Assembly: GCA_016745075.1 (NCBI GenBank) | Contig: JADGDD010000005.1 | Span: forward strand, 165,551-229,550 | DNA from: Planctomycetota bacterium | GTDB lineage: Bacteria; Planctomycetota; UBA11346 | DNA: 64,000 nt | Reading direction: 5' to 3' | In this document: piece after piece, positions 55,247-64,000 of the stretch | How the letters are laid out: the number at the start of each line of letters is the position of its first letter | Numbering within the stretch: position 1 is the first letter of the stretch | The notes under the pieces: generated by a model | What the model was told of the DNA's origin: nothing | The model's database searches: none | What the model saw: only the letters and a program-made list of their open reading frames with translations | Translations under genes and position numbers: made by a program

Positions 55247-56707
55247 ATGAGACTTGATGCTTGCTCGTCTGAGAATGGCGCATCATGGTGCAGTATGGCC
55301 CAGTCCAAGAAATCTCTTCTACGAGCGGTAGGATGGCACGCTCCCGTATTTAATGCTATCGTCGTATTATGTACCATTGCTGGTCTTGTGGTGTGTCGCT
55401 CTTTCTTTGATCAGGCTACTGAGAACGGAAAAGACATGCGGGCCGCAGAATTGTTGGTATTGCCAGGCATGCTGTTGGTTTTAGGTGTGTTTGCTGGTCG
55501 GTTAGCAGCATTGATAGACCTGCCACGATTAACGGGATATATTATTATTGGTTGTGTGGTTGGTCCCTATGGCCCATCGTTATCGTCTGGAGTGAGTCAC
55601 CATCAAGTCGAAGATATTAGCGTTGTGAGTGACTTGGCGATAGGGCTTATCGCTTTGCTTGCTGGAGCAGAAATTCGTATTGCTTGGGTTAAAAAACGTT
55701 TGTCAGCAGTGAGTTGGATTTGTGGTATGCAATCATTCGCGGTACCACTACTGGTTATGGGAGTGGTTTGGCTGACGACCAGTGTACCATTTTTTCAGGG
55801 CCTTTTGCCTGCATGGCCATTTCTTGCAGCAGATATGCCAGTGCCCGCTTGGATGATGGGTTTATTGTTGGGTTCAATTGTTGTTGCTTCTAGCCCGACG
55901 GTGGTGGTCTCGGTTATTAAGGACACGAACTCATCAGGCAGTTTAAGTGAAACCATTATGGGGGCGGCAGTTGCTAAAGATTTATGCGTGATTGTTCTGT
56001 TCACTATTTTGTTAGCTATCATTGGTAAGCAACAAGTTGGCGGTGCTGTGAGTAACGACCACATGAGTGTGGTTCTTGAGGCGGGTACCGGTACGCTTGG
56101 TTCCTTATTGCTCTCTTTGGCTCTTGGTGCGGTTATTGGTTTTGCTCTGCGTGTTTACACAGAAAAACAAGACCGCCGTTTATCGTGGATTATTGTTGGT
56201 TTGGCTTTGGCTATTTCAGCACTGAGCACAGAGTGGCACATCAAACCGCTCTTTTGTCTACTCGCTGCTGGTTTTGTTTGTGAAAATATAGGTGCACGTA
56301 GCGCAGTTGGTAGACATCGTTTAGAGCACGCCCTGAACGTGGTTACTGGCCCCGTATTTGTGTTGTTCTTTGTCGCAACGGGTTTGCATTTAGACCTACC
56401 TATCTTGGCACATGTTTGGCCTTTGGTCATCGTGTTGTTCTTTGCGCGTAACGGAATGATCTACCTCACCACAACCCTTGGCAGTCGTTTGGGGGGCATG
56501 GAGCCGCAGGTTCAACGTTATGCATGGATGGGCCTCATTCCACAAGCAGGTGTGACATTGGCCTTGGCAGAAATTATCTCTAGCGGCCATGGCGACTGGG
56601 GAAAATCTATGAGCACCCTTATTGTAGCCTTAGTTGCGGTGCATGAACTTATTGGGCCAATAGCATTAACCTGGGCGTTGAGACGCTGTGGGGAAAGCAA
56701 AGCCTAA
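55247..56707 (+). CDS. Cation:proton antiporter (CPA2/Na_H_Exchanger family)
   Basis: 486 aa with about 12 TM segments. ..LPRLTGYIIIGCVVGPYG.. is typical of Kef/NapA-type antiporters. An alternative start is ATG 55295 (MAQSKK). Confidence 0.75.
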   Translation: MRLDACSSENGASWCSMAQSKKSLLRAVGWHAPVFNAIVVLCTIAGLVVCRSFFDQATENGKDMRAAELLVLPGMLLVLGVFAGRLAALIDLPRLTGYIIIGCVVGPYGPSLSSGVSHHQVEDISVVSDLAIGLIALLAGAEIRIAWVKKRLSAVSWICGMQSFAVPLLVMGVVWLTTSVPFFQGLLPAWPFLAADMPVPAWMMGLLLGSIVVASSPTVVVSVIKDTNSSGSLSETIMGAAVAKDLCVIVLFTILLAIIGKQQVGGAVSNDHMSVVLEAGTGTLGSLLLSLALGAVIGFALRVYTEKQDRRLSWIIVGLALAISALSTEWHIKPLFCLLAAGFVCENIGARSAVGRHRLEHALNVVTGPVFVLFFVATGLHLDLPILAHVWPLVIVLFFARNGMIYLTTTLGSRLGGMEPQVQRYAWMGLIPQAGVTLALAEIISSGHGDWGKSMSTLIVALVAVHELIGPIALTWALRRCGESKA

Positions 56708-56759
56708 CCTTCTTCCAGATCTAAATGCCACGCCCAGCTTTAATATTCAAGAGTGGTGA

Positions 56760-57161
56760 CTACATGTGGTTTTGGGTGTATGTCTGCAAATACTCTAGTA
56801 AGTATGGATTATAGCCATGTTTATTGGCTGTTTTAATCAGAACCTCATTACCACCAGCACGAACAATACTCTGGCTTGCTGATGCGACGCTTGAGTAGCC
56901 AATGATATGAATCGCTGCTTGTGGAAATTCTTTGCGAATGATGCCGGTAATGGTATCGCCACGTTCAAAGCCAATGTAGTAATCCATTAGAATAAGGTCA
57001 GGGTGCGTTGTCGGGTTGTGTTCTAAGTCCATAATTGCTGCCAACCCAGAATAATAGCTGTCATAGTCTACATGGAATCCACTGGCGTTGTGATGTTGCG
57101 CAACGGTAAAGGCGGTAACGGTGTGCCAGTGGTCGCTATCATCTATGAGCCACAATTTCAT
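56760..57161 (-). CDS. Stand-alone response-regulator receiver domain (CheY-like)
   Basis: Start MKLWLIDDSDHW.., with the phospho-acceptor context DLILMDYYIG and ..IIGYSS.. There is no output domain. The ORF track extends the frame to 57251. Confidence 0.7.
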   Translation of the reverse strand: MKLWLIDDSDHWHTVTAFTVAQHHNASGFHVDYDSYYSGLAAIMDLEHNPTTHPDLILMDYYIGFERGDTITGIIRKEFPQAAIHIIGYSSVASASQSIVRAGGNEVLIKTANKHGYNPYLLEYLQTYTQNHM

Positions 57162-57234
57162 GGTGGCATCGTTCTTTCTTTTGCATGTGGGGCAACCCTT
57201 GAAAAATGGCTGTCTACTCGGTAAGACACTCATC

Positions 57235-58050
57235 ATGAGAGCATTGAGCATAATCGACCGAATTCGTGCACTTGGTGCGTCCGTGCTTGCTTTTATACAT
57301 GTGAGCGGCTCGCTAACCTGTTTATTGACAGCAGTTGTTCGTTCAATCTTTGGCGATCATCAGCGCCATATTGTTGTGATGCGGCAGTTGTATCGCATTG
57401 GATACCAAAGTTTACCAGTAGTTGTGTTAACTGGAGTCAGCATGGGGCTAGTTATAGCCGTTCAGGGGTATGCTACCCTGCATAAATTTGACGGTGAAAA
57501 CGCGACAGGCGGTATGGTAAACTTTTCTTTGGTCACACAGATTATGCCAGTGATGACAGGACTTATTTTAGCAGGTCGGGTTGGTTCTAGTATTGCGGCG
57601 GAGCTGGGTGCGATGCAGGTGACGGAGCAAATAGATGCTTTACGAGTTATGGGTACGAACCCTATTAGTTATTTAGTGGCTCCGCGTTTTATTGCCTGTG
57701 TCACGTTAATGCCATTGCTTACCGGAGTTGGTATGTTGGTTGGAATGATGAGTGCCGCATGGTTGGTGGTTGGTTTGTGGGATGTAGACGGAGCAGCGTA
57801 TTGGGCTCATTCGCGTAGTTTTGTTTCTAGTTGGGAAATTCTTACCGGCGTGGGAAAAACGGTTGTCTACGGTGCCATTGTCTCCTTGGTCGCTTGTTAT
57901 AAAGGTTTACGAACCGAAGGTGGTGCAACAGGTGTTGGCGCTGCCTGTACTGAAGCAGTGGTTTTATCCAGTATGCTTATTTTGGTCACGACTTTTGTGA
58001 TGACTGTTGTTCTACAAAAATTGTGGGATTCATTCTTTTCTCACATATAA
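57235..58050 (+). CDS. mlaE: MlaE/YrbE-family ABC permease (lipid asymmetry-type)
   Basis: ..LYRIGYQSLPVVVLTGVSMGLVIAVQG.., ..IMPVMTGLILAGRVGSSIAAELGAMQVTEQIDALRVMGTNPISYLVAPRF.. is canonical MlaE. The start is taken at MRALSIIDR (57235). Confidence 0.88.
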   Translation: MRALSIIDRIRALGASVLAFIHVSGSLTCLLTAVVRSIFGDHQRHIVVMRQLYRIGYQSLPVVVLTGVSMGLVIAVQGYATLHKFDGENATGGMVNFSLVTQIMPVMTGLILAGRVGSSIAAELGAMQVTEQIDALRVMGTNPISYLVAPRFIACVTLMPLLTGVGMLVGMMSAAWLVVGLWDVDGAAYWAHSRSFVSSWEILTGVGKTVVYGAIVSLVACYKGLRTEGGATGVGAACTEAVVLSSMLILVTTFVMTVVLQKLWDSFFSHI

Positions 58051-58051
58051 A

Positions 58052-58079
58052 CGCAGAGTAACCGGATGGCTACTCTGCG
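58052..58079. terminator. Hairpin between convergent mlaE and the GH-like gene
   Basis: CGCAGAGTAACC-GGAT-GGCTACTCTGCG (one mismatch). Confidence 0.5.
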
Positions 58080-58110
58080 CGTATCATTGTGTTTCTATTA
58101 TTCTTTTTTT

Positions 58111-60966
58111 CTAACGAGTTACAATCGTATAGAGTGCGTCTTGTGGCAGGGTGAGTATCTGTTTATCTATTGTGGCGCTGTTTTGAGCCAGTGGATAACC
58201 ATTGCCATCAAGAGCAGTCGCTGATGTAATTGGATTTTTGAAGGTTACGCTGCCGAGAATAAATGGAACGTTGTACGGTGCCTTACCGGTATCTATTATT
58301 TTCATACCTTTGATAAGTGGCCGGCCTTTCTTTGTCCTAAATTCTGTTGGTTCTTCTTTGTAACCATAAGGGCGAGAATTGATGACAGCTTGTACCAACA
58401 TTTTTTTCGATGTAGCAAGAGGTTGGTCATCTAATGGTACTACGATAACTGCACCAAAATTATTCTCGAGTGTTATGCTGAGGTCTGTGCAAGATATAGT
58501 GTTGTCGGCTCCGGAAAAACCAGTGAAACCCTGTGCCTTGGGGGCATCAACAACACAGAGGCCTGTACCCCAATTTAAGGTAATTTCATCGGTAGCAGAA
58601 CGAACCGTTTTAGCTTGTTGGTCTACGTTTTTTGTTAAGGCAGGTAGTGTTTCTTGTTTAGAGATATCACCCACGCGCCATGTGGTTTTACCAACGCAGT
58701 AAGCAAGCGGGTACTTGCCAAAAGCGGTTTCACTCATGTCGGTAGAGAAGCCGCTGTCTCGTGTTGGGTCATAACCGTATGATTCGCCAACGAGTGGGTT
58801 TTTTTTGCGGCTTGTAATATCCGCAAGGGTGCGGTCTTCGTGGGCAACGACTGGAGACTCTTTAATATATCCTTTACGGTAGAGCAAAGCCATGGCAGGG
58901 AATTGTCCCATGATGTTTGGTACGGCAACCGGGAATTTACGAATGCGAGATTCAAAGCCCGGCACATATACGGAAAACCAATTAAAGCCATCAAGGCCAT
59001 TTAAACAGGCATAGGCGGCAACCAATAATGGTGATTCACATTGATATTCGTTGGGGTTGGACCAGGTACATTCAGAAATAATATTTGGTTTATCAGCGTA
59101 ATGTTTGTAACTGTTGGGCATGATCCACGGTGAATGCAGGGCACTCATACTGCGGTAGCTGTCGCCTGTGCGTACATCCCATTTTGCCACCTGATTATCT
59201 GTCGGGTTGTGATGTTGTGGTGAAACATAGTGATGATTGTCGATTACATCATCGTAGCGGTATGTTGCACGTTCTGCATCTAGGAGATTTGCATCCCAAG
59301 TCCCACGCCAATTACAAGAAGTAATTAAACCTTGGTACTTAAGCTCATCATGGAAAAAAGAAAGCATATCTTGATAATAACTGGTTTGCAGATCAAGAAG
59401 GAAAGTCATCGTGTCGGTGCGGCGGGCATCAATTGCAGCCCCTATCCTTTTTGCGTCTTCTGCATGGGCTTTGCGTTCTTTGCCTTTCCAGAGTTTGTTA
59501 GCGGCATTGATTGCGGAATTGTTGACAGAGAGATTGTAGCCACCAAATGGTTGAACACGACCTTTTTTGGGGTTGTCATAGAGAAAGGTGGTAGACTGGT
59601 CTTTTTGTTTAATAGTCTTTTTAAAGAGTTTATTGTTGGTTTCTGTATCTAAACCCCATGTATCATAAGCGGCTTGAATGCTGCCGTATTTATTGGTGAG
59701 CCATGATCCAAATTTTTCTGACATTTTATCCCACTGTGGTTCCACAAATTTATTTTCGTGATACGTACCAAAAAAAACACCGTCTTCGTTTTGAGTTTGA
59801 ATAATGGCAACGGTCGGGTCTTTGATGAGGGGGATGCCTGTATATGGATTGGTACTCAATAAGAGTTTGCGGAACCGTTCTTTGTGCGCATCTTGCAATG
59901 TCTCGTTAAGAACGAGCATATTAAATGGTTGGTACCAGCTTTCAAGGTAGTCTGGGAAGCCATCTATACCCCAGGTGTGCTTAATACGTGTACCAAGAAC
60001 AAAGTAGGTGCATATTTTTACATAAATACCATGTTTTTTCATCGATGCGATAGTACGGTGATACGATTCTATTAAATGTTCATCAACAGAGTTAATATTG
60101 TTGGGCATCCAGTTGTTGCCCCAAGTGGGCCAGAATAAACGAACCATATTAACGCCGCGTTTTCTCAATTGTTGTCCCATATAATTAAGAGCAGCTTCAT
60201 TTAAATTATGATTGCCAAATTCAACAGACCATAAACGTGCTTCTTCGCCATTACCATAATAGAGTTTATCGCCTTTTGCGTAAATCCAGCCGTTTTCTCC
60301 AGCTTCTTGTTCATTGAGGTAAGAAAGGTCTATCTCTGATGGAGCAAAATTATCTAGACCCGGCTCAAAGGCCCATGTGCCGGGGTCGGCACGGTTGTAT
60401 TTTGCATTGGGTCTACTGATACCATTTGGTACAAAAAATGAAGAGCTGAGTACAAAACAGTCAAAAGCGCACGCTTTTGTATGCTTGAGACCTTCAGCTT
60501 TGATCATTTCAATACGGCAGGTATGGGTGCCAGCGCTGAGTTTTATATCACCAAGCGGTATCCAGGAGGCATCAACCTTTGTACGGATAGCGGTGGTATC
60601 TAAGAAGCCAGGTGGATGAATGACATCATGCCATTGACCGCCATCAAAGGACCATCTAAATGGTCCGTGATTCCAAAAACGTCGTGTGAAGAAACTATAA
60701 GAGCCCGTTTTTTTGACATCAATAGTGTATTTTGCGAAGTCACCATTGGTATAGGCTGCTGTATTTAACCATTTGCCACCAGAGAGCTTGGCTTCCTGTT
60801 CTACCCCTTGAGGAGTAAATTGGCCATCAATGGGGATATTTGTCTGAGAAGCTTCTTCTCCTTCCCACCACGTGTAAGAATCGGTTACATCCATAGCACT
60901 AAGCGGTGTCAGAGAACAGGTGGCGATGAATAACGCGATCGCTTTTTCAGAAAGGCGACGAATCAT
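58111..60966 (-). CDS. Exported glycoside-hydrolase-like protein with an N-terminal carbohydrate-binding-module-like domain
   Basis: Start MIRRLSEKAIALFIATCSLTPLSA. The N-terminal region (..KLSGGKWLNTAAYTNGDFAKYTIDVKKTGSYSFFTRRFW..) looks CBM-like. The central TIM-barrel-like part has ..VRLFW.. and the candidate catalytic ..IIQTQNEDG.. The family is not assignable by eye. Confidence 0.5.
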   Translation of the reverse strand: MIRRLSEKAIALFIATCSLTPLSAMDVTDSYTWWEGEEASQTNIPIDGQFTPQGVEQEAKLSGGKWLNTAAYTNGDFAKYTIDVKKTGSYSFFTRRFWNHGPFRWSFDGGQWHDVIHPPGFLDTTAIRTKVDASWIPLGDIKLSAGTHTCRIEMIKAEGLKHTKACAFDCFVLSSSFFVPNGISRPNAKYNRADPGTWAFEPGLDNFAPSEIDLSYLNEQEAGENGWIYAKGDKLYYGNGEEARLWSVEFGNHNLNEAALNYMGQQLRKRGVNMVRLFWPTWGNNWMPNNINSVDEHLIESYHRTIASMKKHGIYVKICTYFVLGTRIKHTWGIDGFPDYLESWYQPFNMLVLNETLQDAHKERFRKLLLSTNPYTGIPLIKDPTVAIIQTQNEDGVFFGTYHENKFVEPQWDKMSEKFGSWLTNKYGSIQAAYDTWGLDTETNNKLFKKTIKQKDQSTTFLYDNPKKGRVQPFGGYNLSVNNSAINAANKLWKGKERKAHAEDAKRIGAAIDARRTDTMTFLLDLQTSYYQDMLSFFHDELKYQGLITSCNWRGTWDANLLDAERATYRYDDVIDNHHYVSPQHHNPTDNQVAKWDVRTGDSYRSMSALHSPWIMPNSYKHYADKPNIISECTWSNPNEYQCESPLLVAAYACLNGLDGFNWFSVYVPGFESRIRKFPVAVPNIMGQFPAMALLYRKGYIKESPVVAHEDRTLADITSRKKNPLVGESYGYDPTRDSGFSTDMSETAFGKYPLAYCVGKTTWRVGDISKQETLPALTKNVDQQAKTVRSATDEITLNWGTGLCVVDAPKAQGFTGFSGADNTISCTDLSITLENNFGAVIVVPLDDQPLATSKKMLVQAVINSRPYGYKEEPTEFRTKKGRPLIKGMKIIDTGKAPYNVPFILGSVTFKNPITSATALDGNGYPLAQNSATIDKQILTLPQDALYTIVTR

Positions 60967-61079
60967 AGTGGTACTCCTTTGCTTTCTGTTGTACATTGGA
61001 GCATAATCGTCGTGTTCAAGTTGAGATACGACGGTTCCCTTGGTTTGTACAACTGTATGGTAAGCAGGAGGAGTCGTTG

Positions 61080-61637
61080 ATGGAGATGGAACCAGCGATA
61101 CGAGCAGTGCAGGCGGGAGATCGTGATGCCTTTCGTTTTGTTATAGATGCTTGTCAATTGCGGATGAGACTTGTGGTTGGAGCTATCATGCCAGATAAGC
61201 AGCTCGTGGATGATGTGGTGCAGCAGTCATTGATGACGGTGTATACGAAGTTGCATACCTATAGAATGGGTAGTGATGCGGTAGCATGGGCAATTGGCAT
61301 AGCGCGACATACAGCATTAAATGAACGAAAAAAATATTTTCGTCGGCAGGCTGGCACTAGTCGTTATCGGCAAAGCATTCAACACATGTTGACACCTTAT
61401 ATAGAAGAAAATGCACTAGAACAGGATACCGTGACAAGTTTGCATGGTTGCGTAGATTCGTTACGTGGGGTTGGTCAAGAATTAGTACGTAAATACTATT
61501 TTGAAGGGAAAAGTCGGGAAGAACTTGCAGAAGAATATGGACAAAGCCGCGCTTGGGTGAGAGATAAACTGTACCGAGCACGAGCAACCTTGGCAGGTTG
61601 TCTGACTAAGAAAGGTATCTTGATCGATGTTGGATGA
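61080..61637 (+). CDS. ECF-type RNA polymerase sigma factor
   Basis: ATG 61080 is preceded by AGGAGG. Region 2 (..GDRDAFRFVIDACQLRMRLVV.., ..VQQSLMTVYTKL..) and the region 4 HTH (..RKYYFEGKSREELAEEYGQSRAWVRDKLYRARATL) are present. The ORF track starts at 60996. Confidence 0.85.
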   Translation: MEMEPAIRAVQAGDRDAFRFVIDACQLRMRLVVGAIMPDKQLVDDVVQQSLMTVYTKLHTYRMGSDAVAWAIGIARHTALNERKKYFRRQAGTSRYRQSIQHMLTPYIEENALEQDTVTSLHGCVDSLRGVGQELVRKYYFEGKSREELAEEYGQSRAWVRDKLYRARATLAGCLTKKGILIDVG

Positions 61638-62883
61638 ACAAAATATTCGTATGGAAGCTGCATGTGCTGATTTTGTTGAAGGCTGTTCTGATAACACCGT
61701 TGATAGGCAAGTCGCTGAACTGTTGTTGGCTGATAATGATGCTCGGCAAATGCTTGCGCATCAATCTGTTATTCATGGTATGTTACAAGCCGTTGGGCAA
61801 GCAAACACCATTAACGCACAAGAATTAACGGCGCTGTTACCGTCTCCAGAGATGGAACATGCGGTAATGAATGCCGTGTTTGATTTGCATCGTCGCCGTC
61901 GTCGTTTGGGAGTTCTAGCGGTGGCCGCAGCAGTCGTGCTTACGGTTCTTGGTTTTATGTGGTATACACCGCCACCAAAATTATTTATTGATGGTGTGGA
62001 GATGGCTTTCTCAGAAAGCGACATACAAGTTCCAGATCATACAGCGGTAGAATTATATTATGATGGTGGCAGTTTGGTGCAGGCGGCTCCGAGTAGTGTT
62101 ATCCAAGTGGGTCACACCAGCATTGTCTTAAAAGAAGGGCGGGTAGAAGCAGACATACAACCACAAGACCGAGAACACTTTGTTGTAGAAGTACCAGATG
62201 GTAGTGTCCATGTGAAAGGAACACGTTTTGCTGTAGAAACACAGAATGATGATAGTGTTGTTTCTGTTCAACGTGGTATGGTGCGTTTCTTACAAGAAGA
62301 AAACGGATGTGATATTCCTGCTGGAGCTGCGGCAGAAATGCGTTCTGGGCATTTGCGTTTTCTTGGCCAAGTCAGTGAAACGGAAAGCATTTTAGATAAG
62401 GTTGTGTTTATGGATGATGTTTTGAGCTATGATCATCCGCCAGACTGGGTACGAACGCGGTTAGTTTACGAAGGCTTACCTTATGGTTCTCAGGTGGCAC
62501 TGTATAACGCATGTGATGAGGTTGGTGTTTTTAAACGGGTTCATGTTCCTGTATTACGGACGCCTTGTTTCCTGTTTGATGACGATTTGATCGTACACCT
62601 GACCTATAAAGTAGAGAAGCCGGGGCCACTTGTGGTTACGTTGTGGGCACCAGAAAGTTATCAAGCTACCAATAACTCAACGACTATGTTTCGACGCATT
62701 TCGAGTGGCCCTGCTGGGAAATGGCACACAATCAGTATTCCTGTTGCTCTCTTTGATTGGCATGAAAAGAAATTAACCAACCTGCCACAGCGTTTACATG
62801 GGCTTCCTTGTGAGCAAATATCATTATCGTCTCATAAGGCTGGTGGTTTGTATTTAGATCGTGTGTGGGTGACACAAGAATAA
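61627..62883 (+). CDS. FecR-like anti-sigma factor with an extra C-terminal domain
   Basis: Its start overlaps the sigma-factor stop. It has one TM helix (LGVLAVAAAVVLTVLGFMWY), a FecR-type beta domain (..VEVPDGSVHVKGTRFAVET..SVQRGMVRF..), and about 170 additional C-terminal residues ending ..GGLYLDRVWVTQE. Confidence 0.75.
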   Translation: MLDEQNIRMEAACADFVEGCSDNTVDRQVAELLLADNDARQMLAHQSVIHGMLQAVGQANTINAQELTALLPSPEMEHAVMNAVFDLHRRRRRLGVLAVAAAVVLTVLGFMWYTPPPKLFIDGVEMAFSESDIQVPDHTAVELYYDGGSLVQAAPSSVIQVGHTSIVLKEGRVEADIQPQDREHFVVEVPDGSVHVKGTRFAVETQNDDSVVSVQRGMVRFLQEENGCDIPAGAAAEMRSGHLRFLGQVSETESILDKVVFMDDVLSYDHPPDWVRTRLVYEGLPYGSQVALYNACDEVGVFKRVHVPVLRTPCFLFDDDLIVHLTYKVEKPGPLVVTLWAPESYQATNNSTTMFRRISSGPAGKWHTISIPVALFDWHEKKLTNLPQRLHGLPCEQISLSSHKAGGLYLDRVWVTQE

Positions 62884-62916
62884 AGCCTTAAGTGAGATCA
62901 TTTCTGTCCGATAGTA

Positions 62917-63705
62917 ATGAGTACGGAGATAGGAATGACAGCTACAGCATTAGCGCCATCATCGGTTCACTCAGCACAAGGACAACAGTATGGTCGTCCT
63001 GAGCATGCACAGGGACCGAAGAACCCTACAGGAATGGTCGGTCTAGCTGGCAGTCGTGAAACAGAACGACTACAATTTCAATCAACCACTTTAGAGTTGA
63101 GTATTTCGGATTCTTCAGGACGTGACGTACACGTTTCTCTGAATATGGAACAATTGGATTATAGCCGTACCTACGATAAATTTGGTATGGTTGGTTCAGC
63201 AAAAGGGAAACACGGCTTAGGGCCAATGGTGCAGCAGATGCGCGATATGACCGGCAAGGAAATTGGCGATCAAATTCGAGACATGGCAAAATCCCGTGGC
63301 ATAGAACCAGAGGGTATGGCCTACTTTGAACATCAAGAAGAATTACTACATTACGAATCCATGAGCCTCAGTGTTGAAGGCGATATGAGTTTATTAAATG
63401 ATTTCTTCAACGCAGAAAATACTGCACAACGTATCTTTGATTTTGCAAAAGGATTGGGCGACCATATTGATTCAAGTACCCCAGAATATGGCAACTTTAT
63501 GGATGATATCACACGTGGCATAGAGAGTGGTTTTGACATGGCCGAGTCTATGCTTGGCCAACTTGCTGAAGTCAGCCATAAAACGCACGACCTCTTAAAC
63601 CTGATGCTTACAGCTTTACAAGATGATCCAAGCAGCCATCCACAAGCCGTTGACTACCTCGATGCTGTTGAGGATGCCAAGGCTATAGAAGCTGAAGAAG
63701 AGTAA
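62917..63705 (+). CDS. Acidic hypothetical protein, DUF5610-like C-terminal half
   Basis: 262 aa. ..NAENTAQRIFDFAKGLG..FMDDITRGIESGFDMAESMLGQL.. resembles my memory of the DUF5610 pattern. An alternative start is ATG 62935. Confidence 0.45.
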   Translation: MSTEIGMTATALAPSSVHSAQGQQYGRPEHAQGPKNPTGMVGLAGSRETERLQFQSTTLELSISDSSGRDVHVSLNMEQLDYSRTYDKFGMVGSAKGKHGLGPMVQQMRDMTGKEIGDQIRDMAKSRGIEPEGMAYFEHQEELLHYESMSLSVEGDMSLLNDFFNAENTAQRIFDFAKGLGDHIDSSTPEYGNFMDDITRGIESGFDMAESMLGQLAEVSHKTHDLLNLMLTALQDDPSSHPQAVDYLDAVEDAKAIEAEEE

Positions 63706-63708
63706 GCG

Positions 63709-64000
63709 TTATTGTTGTAAGAGGATTTGTTGGTTTCCTGTCTGTTGCGGAGAGAGATTGGTAAATGTTTGGAGCTGTTTTGTTTCCGGCTCGCCAACAA
63801 TGACTGTATATGTTCCATCGGCAAAGACTTTCGGTTTCCATGGTAAGTGTGGAACGCGGATTGTGTAGACAATCTCTTTATTTGCCTCGTTAATAACTTG
63901 TACAACCGGACGATAGGCAGTGTTGTTAGACGCTAATTCTGGTAAATAGGCAAAAGCTTTGCGCCCATAATTATCGCTTAAAGAAATTGTTTTCGGCCAT
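63709..64000 (-). CDS. C-terminal end of an unidentified protein (5' part outside the window)
   Basis: My translation of the minus strand is open from the window edge: ..WPKTISLSDNYGRKAFAYLPELASNNTAYRPVVQVINEANKEIVYTIRVPHLPWKPKVFADGTYTVIVGEPETKQLQTFTNLSPQQTGNQQILLQQ*. The stop is at 63709..63711. I prefer this frame to the listed frame 63654..63905. Confidence 0.45.
   Translation of the reverse strand, partial: WPKTISLSDNYGRKAFAYLPELASNNTAYRPVVQVINEANKEIVYTIRVPHLPWKPKVFADGTYTVIVGEPETKQLQTFTNLSPQQTGNQQILLQQ

Noticed and set aside
63654-63905. 83-aa minus-strand ORF from the track.
   Set aside because: Another minus-strand frame is open all the way to the window edge, ends at 63709, and gives a more protein-like sequence. 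The 83-aa frame is probably its shadow.
1-64000. Mobile elements, prophage, integron, tRNA/rRNA genes.
   Set aside because: I recognised no transposase, integrase, recombinase, phage structural gene, attC-like array or tRNA-like sequence while reading the ORFs and intergenic regions. This is a by-eye result and should be confirmed with tRNAscan-SE, ISfinder and similar tools.

Overview
This is a densely coding chromosomal window (about 60 genes, very little long non-coding DNA) from a diderm bacterium. The gene content suggests a marine PVC-superphylum or Bacteroidota-like heterotroph: a fused ccoNO cbb3 oxidase, FGE-fold and PQQ-propeller exported proteins, an ECF sigma/FecR pair beside large exported glycoside-hydrolase-like proteins, and a Calx-beta/Ig adhesin. 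The taxon cannot be fixed from this window. I recognised no rRNA or tRNA genes, CRISPR arrays, transposases, integrases or reverse transcriptases.

Blocks from left to right:
1. ahcY, running off the window start.
2. A cobalamin salvage/remodelling regulon with two cobalamin riboswitches. It comprises riboswitch-btuB and cobU; on the other strand cobD-cbiB-[riboswitch]-btuC-btuD-PP-loop (Dph6/MJ0570-like)-btuF-cbiZ; then cobT-cobS.
3. smpB, truA and lpxH, interspersed with unknown exported or repeat proteins. One of these carries ribosomal L7/L12 C-terminal-domain-like modules at both ends.
4. ytxJ, an NTase-like gene, and TPM-LemA-BI1.
5. A cbb3 oxidase cluster, ccoS-ccoNO-ccoQ-ccoP | ccoG-fixH-rrf2, plus a divergent DsbD_2/TauE-like gene.
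6. An exported SGNH hydrolase, a PQQ propeller, a double FGE-fold protein, a large GH-like protein, an SDR and a LysE-family gene.
7. A short, visibly AT-richer accessory islet (41.0-43.1 kb). It holds a stand-alone DUF2971-like gene and decayed, tandemly scarred yefM-yoeB toxin-antitoxin cassettes.
8. tpiA, secG, a lipoate-ligase-like gene and trxB.
9. A 1.1-kaa Calx-beta/Ig adhesin plus a small lipoprotein.
10. A Vibrio TonB2-type six-gene cluster.
11. A CPA2 antiporter, an orphan receiver domain and an orphan mlaE.
12. An exported GH-like protein divergent from an ECF sigma / FecR-like anti-sigma / DUF5610-like trio.

I do not see an unambiguous new multi-gene system. The best leads are:
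- the DUF2971 + TA-fossil islet;
- the PP-loop amidoligase-like gene embedded in the riboswitch-controlled corrinoid salvage operon;
- the twin L12-CTD-like protein.

All functional calls rest on my own recognition of motifs in the translated ORFs. No database search, covariance model or composition calculation was run.
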